Made by a program: the position numbers and the translations under genes. From Octopus vulgaris (lineage: Eukaryota): a stretch of DNA of 64,000 bases. Within the stretch, counting starts at the first letter, position 1; each line of letters opens with the position of its first letter. Below the pieces are notes generated by a model. That model did no database searches. It was not told the DNA's origin and saw nothing but the letters and a program-made list of their open reading frames with translations. Positions 10,491 to 25,881 of the stretch are shown here, piece after piece. The stretch covers positions 19,592,001 through 19,656,000 of the forward strand of contig OX597842.1 in assembly GCA_951406725.2 (NCBI GenBank), in the 5' to 3' direction.

Positions 10491-10915
10491 TAATTCTTTT
10501 CTACCCACAAGGAGCTAAACATAGAGGGGACAAACAAGGACAGAGGGATTAAGTCGATTACATCGACCCCAGTGCGAAACTGGTACTTTATTTATCGACC
10601 CCGAAAAGATGAAAGGCAAAGTCGACCTCAACGGAATTTGAACTCAGAACGTAGCGGCTGACGAAATACCACTAAGCATTTCGCCCAGTGGTCTCTCTTT
10701 ACTCTTTACTCTTTTACTTGTTTCAGTCATTTGACTGCGGCCATGCTGGAGCACCGCCTTTAGTCGAGCAAATCAACCTCGGGACTTATTCTTTGTAAGC
10801 CCAGTACTTATTCTATTGGTCTCTTTTGCCGAACCGCTAAGTGACGGGGACGTAAACACACCAACATCGGTTGTCAAGCAATGCTAGGGAGACAAACACA
10901 GACACACAAACATAT

Positions 10916-10978
<63 letters not shown>

Positions 10979-11166
10979 TACGACAGGCTTCTTTCAGTTT
11001 CCGTCTACCAAATCCACTCACAAGGCATTGGTCGGCCCGAGGCTATAGCAGAAGACACTTGCCCAAGATGTCATGCAGTGGGACTGAACCTGGAACCATG
11101 TGGTTGGTAAGCAAGCTACTTACCACACAGCCACTCCTGCGCTAACGTTTCTGCCAGCTCGCCGCG
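10491..11166 (-). mobile_element. Nested SINEs (microsatellite-bearing SINE 10691-11140 inside a 183-bp-family SINE)
   Basis: 14-bp TSD tttgagctattatg at 10477-10490 and 11167-11180. Confidence 0.85.
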
Positions 11167-11989
11167 TTTGAGCTATTATGATGATGATGATGATTATGAT
11201 GATGACTTCTGTTGAAATACACTGCCTTTATTGCAAATAACCTTGGAAAAAACCAACCAACACCAGTTGTCAAGTGATGGGGTGGGGGAAAACACATAGA
11301 CACGCATACTTAAACCAGGGGCTTCAACACAGTTTCCGTTTTCCAAATCCAATCCCAAGGCCTGTAAACAAGTTGTCATTTTGATTCTCACTGTCTCCCA
11401 TGCATCCAACGATGTATTACACATCCTACCAAAAAGAACACCACCCCACCATCCAAGCAGTTTCCTAATCGTTGCTAATTTCGGATCTTTTCGGTTTGAA
11501 CGGCAGTTTTTCCTAGCGGTGTCAAATGAAATTGTCACCCATAATTATGACCCTAGTATCGATCTATTGCATTTCAATCTGTTTTAGGGTTAGGGGTGGG
11601 GGGAAGAGTATTTTTTTTTCTTCAGAAATGTAAATAAACCCAATCTGTTTCTTTAACGAGGGACATATTCATACGGCACAGAATGTTTTTTTACATCAAT
11701 AGACGTCAGTGATTGGTTGAAATTGTAGAAAAAACCCAACAAATATCTTACAAACTATAGAATTTTCTCAATAAAGCTAAGAGAAAAAGATGTTTTATAA
11801 ACACATTCTACCAGTATACGACAAACGGGAACGTGAAACTCCAAGTAACAGGTTTTGTTGAATTTCTGCTGCTTTTAAATAAAGCATATTACTCTACCCC
11901 TGGTATTTGAGTACTCTTTTTTTCCACCTTATTTCACATTTATGTGTTTACTCCGGTATATATATATATATATCTATATATATATATAT

Positions 11990-12293
11990 CACCATGATCA
12001 CCGTGGCCGACCAGGCTATCAGATGTTGCTACACATCGCTGGTCACAATGCGCTTCACATTGTTATAGCCTTCGAGTGACGCCACCCCGCTGGCTAAGCG
12101 TGCAGGCCAGCAGAAGAAAGAGTGAAAGTTGCGACGGAAGAGTACAGCAGGGATCGCCACCACCCCCTGCCGGAGCCTCGTGGAGCTTCGGGTGTTTTTG
12201 CTCAATAAACACTCACAATGCCCGGTCTGGGAATCGAAACCGCGATCCTACGACCGCGAGTCCGTTGCCCTAACCACTGGGCCATTGCGCCTC

Positions 12294-12295
<2 letters not shown>
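11990..12295 (-). mobile_element. Full-length tRNA-derived SINE
   Basis: Minus-strand head ggaggcgcaatggcccagtggttagggc...ggtttcgattccc followed by SINE body. Confidence 0.85.
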
Positions 12296-12349
<54 letters not shown>

Positions 12350-12387
12350 TAGATAGAGATAGATAGATAGATAGATAGATATAGATA

Positions 12388-12418
<31 letters not shown>

Positions 12419-12424
12419 ATATAT

Positions 12425-12497
<73 letters not shown>

Positions 12498-12686
12498 CAC
12501 TGCCAGCAATTTTTCTTCCTCTGTCTTCCCTTCTCTGGATCTTTCCTTCTCCTTTGTTTCCGACGAAGAGCTCCGCTCGAAACGTTAAACTCTCCTTCTT
12601 CCCTTCTTTTCTGAGCGTCCAATAATACTTTATTTGTTCCACGTCCTCGCGTTGCTGTGTTTTTTTGTGTGTTTTCTTGTTTGGAT

Positions 12687-12739
<53 letters not shown>

Positions 12740-12888
12740 TCATCATCATCATCATCGTTTAGCGTCCGTTTTCCATGCTAGCATGGGTTGGACGGTTCTA
12801 CTGGGGTCTGTGAAGCCAGAAGGCTTCATCAGGCCCAGTCAAATCTGGCAGTGTTTCTACGGCTGGATGCCCTTCCTAACGCCAGGGT

Positions 12889-12961
<73 letters not shown>

Positions 12962-12969
12962 GTATATAT

Positions 12970-13028
<59 letters not shown>

Positions 13029-13366
13029 TAGATATATACATACATATATATGTATATGTGTGTTGGTGTGTAGATGTGGTGTGTTGGTGTGTGTGTGTGT
13101 ACACCATACCACCTGCGAGAACTGAATAGATGACCTCAAATCAACAGGTACCACACACGTCACCTTTTGACGAGAACACAACAATATTGACCGCTCCAAA
13201 ATATTCCATTTCTTCAGTCTTGATGGACTCAACTCTTCTTCTCATTTTTCTCTCTTGATATTAATCTTATATTTATTCTTATCTTTATTTTTATTTATAT
13301 ATTTATTTTTTTCTTTATTTCTTCTTTGCCTTCTTTCTTTCTTCCTTCCTCCCTCTTGTTGTTTTC

Positions 13367-13942
13367 GTTCTTCTTCTTCTTCTTCTTCTTCTTCTTCTTC
13401 TTCTTCTTCTCCTTCTTCTTCTTCTTCTTCTTCTTCTTCTTCTTCTCATTCTTCTTTTTCCTTCCTTCTCTTTCTCCTTCTCCTCCTTCCTTCTTCTTCT
13501 TCTTCTTCTTCTTCTTCTTCTCATTCTCATTCTTCTTCTTCTTCTCATTCTTCTCCTTCTTCTCCTCCTTCTCCTCCTCCTTCTTCTTCTTCTTCTTCTT
13601 CTTCTTCTTCTTCTCCTCCTCCTTCTCATTCTCATTCTTCTTCTTCTTCTCATTCTTCTCCTTCTTCTCCTCCTTCTCCTCCTCCTTCTTCTTCTTCTTC
13701 TTCTTCTTCTTCTTCTCCTCCTTCTCATTCTCATTCTTCTTCTTCTTCTTCTTCTTCTTCTTCTTCTCTCCTCCTTCTTCTTCTTCTTCTTCTTCTTCTT
13801 CTTCTCCTCCTTCTCATTTTCATTCTTCTCCTTCTCCTCCTCCTCCTCCTCCTTCTTCTTCTTCTTCTTCTTCTCCTTCTCATTCTTCTTCTTCTTCTTC
13901 TTCTTCTTCTTCTTCTTCTTCTTCTTCTTCTACTTCTTCTTC
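13367..13942. repeat. (TCT/CCT)n polypyrimidine microsatellite
   Basis: Direct inspection. Confidence 0.97.
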
Positions 13943-13955
13943 GTCCTAATGTTTT

Positions 13956-14004
<49 letters not shown>

Positions 14005-14296
14005 TTTTATAATCCCCCTCCTTTTTTGTGCATAAATTTTTTGTTAGTAAGTAAGTATACTTGTAAGAAAAAAATCTTTTGCTGTATAGCAACCAGTAAA
14101 ACCTACATTTTTCAGTCTGAAAACGGCTACTTGAAGCCCGATACTCCATATCAGAATAACTCATTGCAAATATTTATTATTACGATTAAAATAAAACTTG
14201 TCCTCACCAAAAATCCATCTCTACTCATTTTTCCAAATATATATAATACTGTATCAAGGACGTTATTTTATTATTGTACTATATATATATGTATAT

Positions 14297-14813
14297 AAGT
14301 TAAGTTAATTTTTTGGCTCAAAAAGCAAAAGGTAAGACCATGTAGGGGGACATGGAATTATGTACAGGGTGGTGTTCATGCAAAGAGTTCAGGCCATTTC
14401 TGGTCAAGAGAGACCTTGAACCGAGCGGTCGTCGGCATCTACACTAACTCGTCCGGCAGCTTATTCCACGGATCCGCAACCCGGACGGAGAAAGCACCTC
14501 TCCTTCGATTGAGATGAAATCGTCGCAGATAGAGCTTTTCGGAGTGACCCCGCAGCCGACGCTCTGGAGCAGGAGTGAAGAACAGCTCTTTCAAGATGTT
14601 ACACTTTTCGCTTATGATGTTGTGAGCGAGAATGAGATCACCAAGGCGTCGTCGTTTTTCTAGAGAATAAAGGTCGAGCGTCTTCAGCCTTTCTTCATAA
14701 GACAAATGCTTGAGACCAAGAACCATGCGGGTAGCCAGCTTCTGTACTCTTTTGAGATGATGTATGTCTTTGCGGAGAAAAGGAGAAGAGGAGGCTTGAA
14801 TCCCGTACTCCAA
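14297..14813 (-). mobile_element. CR1-like LINE 3' fragment
   Basis: RVQKLATRMV...LSYEERLKTLDLYSLEKRRRLGDLI...RGHSEKL...FSVRVADPWNKLP; (TTAAC)n tail; same 3' end recurs at 25293-25430. Confidence 0.9.
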
Positions 14814-15407
14814 TATATATATACATATAAAATTTAGAGTGGACAGACTGTATGCTAGACATAGACGTCAAATCGCCATTACCACGAAGAATATGTTTTC
14901 AAAAAAAAATTTCAGCACAAAACCAAAATGTTAAAATAAGCAAGACAAATCAAAATATACAAAATAAAAAACAAGGAGATTTGACATACATACACACATA
15001 CATATGAACCACCAGTTTTAGACGTATCAGTTTTCCGATTCAGTGTTTTTGTCTGACATTTCAAATCAGGATAAAAATTCTTAAAATATTTGAAACGAAC
15101 TCAAAATAAAGAAACAGGATGGAAATTGATTGTTGCATAAGAAAATATGATAGCAGAGAGTGTAAAGCAATATTTATGTTGAATACAACGTGACTGACAT
15201 CTCAGGTGTGGCGGTATCAATTGACGATATGAAATAACTACAGGTGTGTTCATTGTTCTCAACTTGTTACCTTAAGAAAAATGATCCTGTCTATAATTAA
15301 CGATGGTTATCTTGATGGTGCAGTGGTGGTGGCGTTTTGTGCGTGTGTGTACTTGATATTGTTGGCGTTGTTATTGTCGTTACCCTATCTTCCAGTTATC
15401 TGATCAA

Positions 15408-15547
15408 ATTGCTGCATTGCTGCCACGCATATATTGTCCCGGATATACATATGACTGCATCAAGCTGACACCATACAGCACGGGTTCGATGTGTGATGCG
15501 GGAAATGCGGCCACGTCTACCTCTTGTGCTATCTCTAGTGAACATTT
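15408..15547 (+). ncRNA. Box H/ACA snoRNA-like copy 1 (degenerate in 5' hairpin; possible pseudogene)
   Basis: Two hairpins, H box ACAGCA 15475-15480, ACA 15542-15544 + TTT; guide GCTGAA changed to GCTGCA and upper stem TGCAG to TGCTG. Confidence 0.55.
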
Positions 15548-15797
15548 GATTTTAGTGAGTTCAAATTTTAGATGTTGTTCCGCTCCCAAATTACCTCTAA
15601 TCCAGAATCCATTTGCTTAAAATCGTTCTAGCCATGACCATCCTGTCTTTTGGTTATGAATAACGCCTAGCATAAAGGGAGTTCACTTTAGTGGTCATTC
15701 CTCTAAACTTTGTATGTAACACAATTTTTAATCTTCGGATTTTTTTAAAATATGCTAAGCCACTGGTTTTAATTGATTAATAGCGATTTCTATCCCT

Positions 15798-17110
<1,313 letters not shown>

Positions 17111-17181
17111 TATTTCTAAATCTGTTAACGAGAGACACTCAGTAACAGTACTTTAAAGCAAAGCTTATTTGCCAACATAAT

Positions 17182-19651
<2,470 letters not shown>

Positions 19652-19677
19652 ATTTATATTTATATATATATGTATAT

Positions 19678-20307
19678 ATAAATTTATATATGAGGATAAT
19701 ATCGATATTTAAGTATCAATATTATCAGGTGGCCAGCATGGAAAAAATACCGTACAAAGGTAATATTTTTTAACAATTAAAAATGAGGGTGTCTGAGAGA
19801 CACCAACATGCCGAAATAGCAGTCGAAATTCTGACTATAAAAACCACGTTAAGGGTTCATATCGGACCATGAGATAAGACAGAGGGACAAAATATACAAG
19901 CAAAAATTTTTGAATAATTCAAGATCCAGGATTTCAGGTTTTGCTTTAAATGAGCTTTACCGTCATCAATTGAATATATCAAGGGTACATAAATACACAT
20001 GTATATATGCAGAACAAACGATATACTTACATATACGAACGTCCATACATACATACATATGTACGTATGCACACGGCCAGTTAAATTGCCCGCCAAAACA
20101 TATAAGCACGATATGGTTAAAATAAACACCGCAGTGAATATAATAACGAATTATATAAATTTGTATATGAGGATAATATCGATATTTAAGTATCAATATT
20201 ATCAGGTGGCCAGCACGGAAAAAATACCGTACAAAGGTAATAATTTTTAACAATTAAAAGTGAGGGTGTCTGAGAGACACCAACATGCCGAAATAGCAGT
20301 CGAAATA
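19678..20307. mobile_element. Element with ~150-bp direct terminal repeats (Penelope pLTR-like)
   Basis: 19678-19830 repeated at 20155-20307 (gaggataatatcgat...gccgaaatagcagtcgaaat), (TA)n flanks. Confidence 0.5.
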
Positions 20308-20312
20308 TGTAT

Positions 20313-20494
<182 letters not shown>

Positions 20495-20599
20495 GTATAT
20501 ATATATATAAGTATATATATATATATGTATACATATATGTATATATATATATGTGTGTGTGTGTATATAAGTATGAATGTATATATACATTCATGTATG

Positions 20600-21060
20600 T
20601 ATATATATTAGGGAAAACTCTAGAAGGGCGTCTACCTAACTTCGGCACTGAGTGTTATACAAAAGCCAGAACTGCCCGCCATTATATTGTACTAAAGATA
20701 CCATCTACTTCGTCTAAATTCTAGACCAGGTACTGCCGTCGTCTAGGGTTCAAAGGCCCACAGCTCGCCCGTGCTCTGCCACAAAAATTAAGAAATCTGT
20801 ATAAGGTAGAAGTAAATATCTTCAAACAGGGACTAGACATACTCCTCTCCACAATATTGGATGAACCAACAACCCGACATGAGGTGCAGACGAGGATAGC
20901 AGAATGAAACTCCCTTATTCACCAAAAGGGCCAACAGCTGGGACAAAGGAACATACAGAAGCGGTGATGTGAAGCAGCCCAGACAGAGGAAATCAGAAAG
21001 ACCATAGGGGTGCTCTAGCGGGACTACATCTGCATGGCTGAAACGAGTAAAAGTAATAAA
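20600..21060 (+). mobile_element. Old decayed 3' end of the same CR1-like LINE lineage
   Basis: [22 protein letters not shown] matches LEGRVPNFGIESYTNARTGRHC. Confidence 0.8.
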
Positions 21061-21080
21061 CAAAATACATACATACACAT

Positions 21081-21130
<50 letters not shown>

Positions 21131-21170
21131 AATGTATATATATATACATATATATACCTATATATAAAAG

Positions 21171-21203
<33 letters not shown>

Positions 21204-21336
21204 ATATATATATATATATCATCGTGATCACCGTGACCGACCAGGCTGTCAGATGTTGCTACACATCGCTGGCCACAATGCGCTTCGCATTGTTTTAGCC
21301 TTCAAATGACGCCACCCCGCAGGCTAAGCGAGCAGG

Positions 21337-21404
<68 letters not shown>

Positions 21405-21410
21405 AATATA

Positions 21411-21443
<33 letters not shown>

Positions 21444-21482
<39 letters not shown>

Positions 21483-21512
21483 CAGAGAGAGAGAGACAGA
21501 GAGAGAGAGACA

Positions 21513-21564
<52 letters not shown>

Positions 21565-21711
21565 GAGAGGGAGAAAGATCGAGTTAGAAAGAGAAAGAGG
21601 GAGAGAAAGAAAAAGAGAAAGAAAGAGAGAGAAAGATGAGAGAGAGAGAGTGAAAGAGAGAGAGAGAATGAGAGAGAGAGATAGAGAGAGAAAGAGAGCG
21701 AGAGAGAGAGA

Positions 21712-21745
<34 letters not shown>

Positions 21746-21805
21746 TGCGAGAAAAAGAAACAGAGAGAGAGAAAGAGAAAGATGAGAGGGAGACAGAGAA
21801 AGAAA

Positions 21806-21852
<47 letters not shown>

Positions 21853-21958
21853 TGAGAGAGAGAGAGTGAAAGATGAGAGAGAGAGAGTGAAAGAGAGAGA
21901 GAGAAAGAGAGAGAGAGAAAGAAAGAGAGGGAAAGAGAGATAGAGAGAAAGAGAGAGG

Positions 21959-21989
<31 letters not shown>

Positions 21990-22006
21990 GGAGACAGAGA
22001 AAGAAA

Positions 22007-22051
<45 letters not shown>

Positions 22052-22154
22052 TGAGAGAGAGAGTGAACGATGAGAGAGAGAGAGTGAAAGAGAGAGAGAA
22101 AGAGAGAGAGAGAAAGAAAGAGAGAGAAAGAGAGATAGAGAGAAAGAGAGAGGA

Positions 22155-22191
<37 letters not shown>

Positions 22192-22202
22192 AAAAGAGAG
22201 AG
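21444..22202. repeat. (GA)n polypurine tract
   Basis: Direct inspection. Confidence 0.97.
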
Positions 22203-22560
22203 CACCACCTTTAGTCGAGCAACTCTACCCCAGGACTTATTCTTTTGTAAGCCCTGTACTTATTCTATCGGTCGCTTTTGCCGAACCGCTAAGTATCGGG
22301 GACGTAAGCACCCCTGCATCGGTTGTCAAGCAATGCTAGGGAGACGAACACAGACACACAAACACATACACACATATATATATATATACATATGTACGAC
22401 AGGCTTCTTTCGGTTTCCGTCTACCAAATCCACTCACAAGGCTTTGGTCGGCCCGAGGCTATAGTAGAAGACACTTGCCCAAGGTGCCACGCAGTGGGAC
22501 TGAACCCGGAACCATGTGGTTGGTTAGCAAGCTACTTCCACACAGCCACTCCTGCGCCTG
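22200..22560 (-). mobile_element. SINE (microsatellite-bearing family)
   Basis: Reverse complement of the 670-1380 family. Confidence 0.85.
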
Positions 22561-22590
<30 letters not shown>

Positions 22591-22591
<1 letters not shown>

Positions 22592-24221
22592 CTTATTATA
22601 AAAGGCAGATTTTATCTGCCTCCCTTTGTCTCTTATAGAAATCTACAATATAGGATTTCTTCAATTACAATTTACCTAGCATTTTTAAGAGTAGAATGCA
22701 TCGGGTCTTGCCAGGTCCACTTTTTAAAATTTCAACCCCAATTAAGCAAAATTTAGAGAAAACTCACATTGTGGTGTATGAGTCAAATGCTTTTCTTAGT
22801 GTGGGATACAGCATACGCACACGCACACACATAGTGTGCAACGAATAAAGTGAAAGTAATTCACTGTGTGTGTGTTGACAGGTAGACAATAGAATGCGTT
22901 GGCGATGTAATATTTGTTTCTGCCTATGACGCTGATAGATACATGAGTAAAATGTATGGGAAGCTAAGAGATAAGAGTGAGTGAAAATGTTCTTGGAAGA
23001 GAGTAAATAGCGAGAGAGTGATTTGAGGAAGACTTTACATTAAATAACCGTAGTGGCTTGTCAAATGAAGAGGAGTGAGAGGGTACTGGAGGAAATAGGG
23101 TGAGTGGGGAAGATGGCCCCTAGCAACCACACCTTTTAAGATAGGGATTTCTAAGGTAGCCCACGAGCATCGTCACCTCATTCTACATGTCCCTGCAAAT
23201 TTTGGAGCGAATCGGACGGGATAAAGTTATCTCTAAGAAACAGAAAGATCGCCCAAAAGTGTATATAGATATTTAAATGTATTTATATATTCATCTATAC
23301 ACACATGTATGTATAATGTGCGTGTATATATTTCCATAGAGGTAACCATTCAATCCATACAAAGTTTTTTAGGACGAAAATATTTATATATAAAAGAAAG
23401 GTTGTGTGTCTGTCTACTCCGATTTAGATTCCTAACTACTCCCACATTTTGCGATGCAGTTTAACCAAAACCGGGTATCTTATAGTCGTGATTCATATCG
23501 AGCCCTTCTGGGTATTAGCGCGTCTACGATGAGTCTATGATTTTACAAATAATTTACCATCATTTTTTCCATTTTAATGCATATTTTTAAATGAAGGGAA
23601 GTAACTCTCAAACTTAACACCAATATGCGTGCTCATATGCGACGTAATATCACATCAGCAGCATTTCCTCACACCCTCCTTGCACTTGGAGAAGGCAAAA
23701 TACCAGGGGATGAAATTGTTATATTGCCATCGATTCCATTTGTAACATTGTTAAGACGCCTTCTGATCTCAGAGATGCAGTGTTCCCAGATCTACAAGCT
23801 AATTATCAGAATATGGATTGGATTGGCAAAAAGGCTATACTGGCCCCGAGGAATAAAACTGTTCACCATATTAATGATGAAATGCTAAAACTCATTCCTG
23901 GGGAAGTCTATGTATATCAGTCTATCGATACAACTCCTGACCCAAAGGACGTCATCAACTATCCAATAGAGGTACTCAATTCCTTTGAGCACCCCGGACT
24001 ACCACCACACTTTCTCAAACATAAAGTTGGTGCCCCTATAATGCTCATCAGAAATTTGGTTCCCCCAAAACAATGCAATGGCACACGTTTGATCGTTAAG
24101 TCCTTATCTCCCACCGTAAACTTATATCAATATTTGCCTGAATAATCATCATAATTCAGTGCAATCATTAACAGTACTTTCAGGCAATTCAGCCCCGAGC
24201 AACGCCGGGCAATTCTGCTAG
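22591..24221 (+). mobile_element. Defective/composite Helitron with PIF1-helicase fragment (~23610-24118)
   Basis: KAILAPRN...INYPIEVLNSFEHPGLPPHFLKHKVGAPIMLIRNL...CNGTRL; 3' hairpin cccgagcaacgccggg + CTAG (24218-24221) before T; TC-type 5' end at 22591 and a second 5'-like end near 23381. Confidence 0.85.
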
Positions 24222-24254
24222 TATATATATATATAAATACAGGCGCACATATAC

Positions 24255-24289
<35 letters not shown>

Positions 24290-24393
24290 TATATATACAC
24301 ATACATATACATATATATATATATACATATATATATATACACACACACAAATACATATATATATATATATATATATATACATACACATATATC

Positions 24394-24433
<40 letters not shown>

Positions 24434-24483
24434 AATACATATATATATATATATATACATACACATATATCTAAATATATATA

Positions 24484-25552
24484 TTGGATCATCCCATAAA
24501 TGGTGCGACTTTTTCAATTGCATGAACTAAAAGTTGGAGGGGGACGGGATAAACTACCTGCATCATCTTATTAGAAAAGCAGCTGGTATTTTTACCTCCG
24601 CCTTATTCTTGTGCAAGGTTTGAATTGTGTGTTTTGATATCAGTTAATTTATCAAAGCTATAATGGAAGTGACAAAGAAGCATATTTGGCATATTTTGCT
24701 TCATGACTTCAATAAACGTAACAGCGCAACGAAAGTGCAAGGAATATTAATGCAGTCTATGGGGATCGGACAATAAGCGTAGGCTAGTGTCAATTGTGGC
24801 TCCAGAAATTCCGAGCCGGAAACTATATCCTAGAAGACGTCCTCATCCTGGAAGATCTGTAGAGCTTGACGAGGACGTCCTGCAAACCCTGGTGGAACAA
24901 AATCCCATCGTAACTGTTGAGGAACTGGCAGAGATGCTTGGATTTGTTCATTCAACCATACATCAACACCTGCATGCCATCGGAAAGACGACCATCTGTG
25001 GTTTCAAGATGAAAGGTGTTCTTCCATCAGGATAATGTTCAATCACATAGAGTGAGGATGACATTCAAGAGGCTGCAGCAGTTTGAATAAGAAAGGATAC
25101 CCCACCCACCCTATTCGCCTGAAATTGCCCCATCTGATTATCATTTATTCAAAAACACTTGGACAGAAAAAATAGGAATTCTGTAGACGAGGTCAGAAGA
25201 GGACTGGAGGAGATTTTTTCGTCAAGGACAAGTGGATTTTGGAAGGGGAGTCTTGCAAGTCTACCAGATATATGGAAGGGCATTGTAGAAAATAAGTTAA
25301 GTTAAGTTAATTTTTTGGCTCAAAAAGCAAAAAGCAGGGCCATGTAGGGGGACATGAAGTTCAGCATAGATGGCTGCTGCCCAGACCGATGTCTTGTCGG
25401 CTATTCAACCACGTCAAGAAGGGCCTAGCCGAACCGGGAAGATGATGTACAAAAGGGAGGAGAGTATATTTTAGATTAAAAAAGTTTGCTAATCTTAATT
25501 TTAGAAAATAAAGGAAGTACAAAAATACCGCATTATTTATGGGATGATCCAG
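24484..25552 (+). mobile_element. Internally deleted mariner transposon
   Basis: TIRs ttggatcatcccataaa / tttatgggatgatccag; decayed transposase HPGRSVELDEDVLQTLVEQNPIVTVEELAEMLG and PYSPEIAPSDYHLF; CR1 3' piece inserted at ~25293-25430. Confidence 0.88.
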
Positions 25553-25769
25553 TTTATGTCTTTCAAACACCGACTTCCACCTCAGTATTATTACAATACA
25601 ATATAGGCGCAGGAGTGGCTGTGTGGTAAGTAGCTTGCTAACCAAACCACATGGTTCCGGGTTCAGTCCCACTGCGTGGAATCTTGGGTAAGTGTCTTCT
25701 GCTATAGCCCCGGGCTGACCAATGCCTTGTGAGTGGATTTGGTAGACGAAAACTGAAAGAAGCCTGTCG

Positions 25770-25814
<45 letters not shown>

Positions 25815-25881
25815 TTGTGTATCTGTGTTTGTCCCCCTAGCATTGCTTGACAACCGATACTGGTGTGTTTACGTCCCCGTC

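Noticed and set aside
11583-11595. TTAGGG telomeric motif
   Set aside because: Only two units, internal to what looks like a dispersed repeat.
15396-15620. Cys-rich coding exon in the four-copy block
   Set aside because: Three of four copies have an in-frame TAG and one lacks the AG acceptor; H/ACA structure explains the sequence better.
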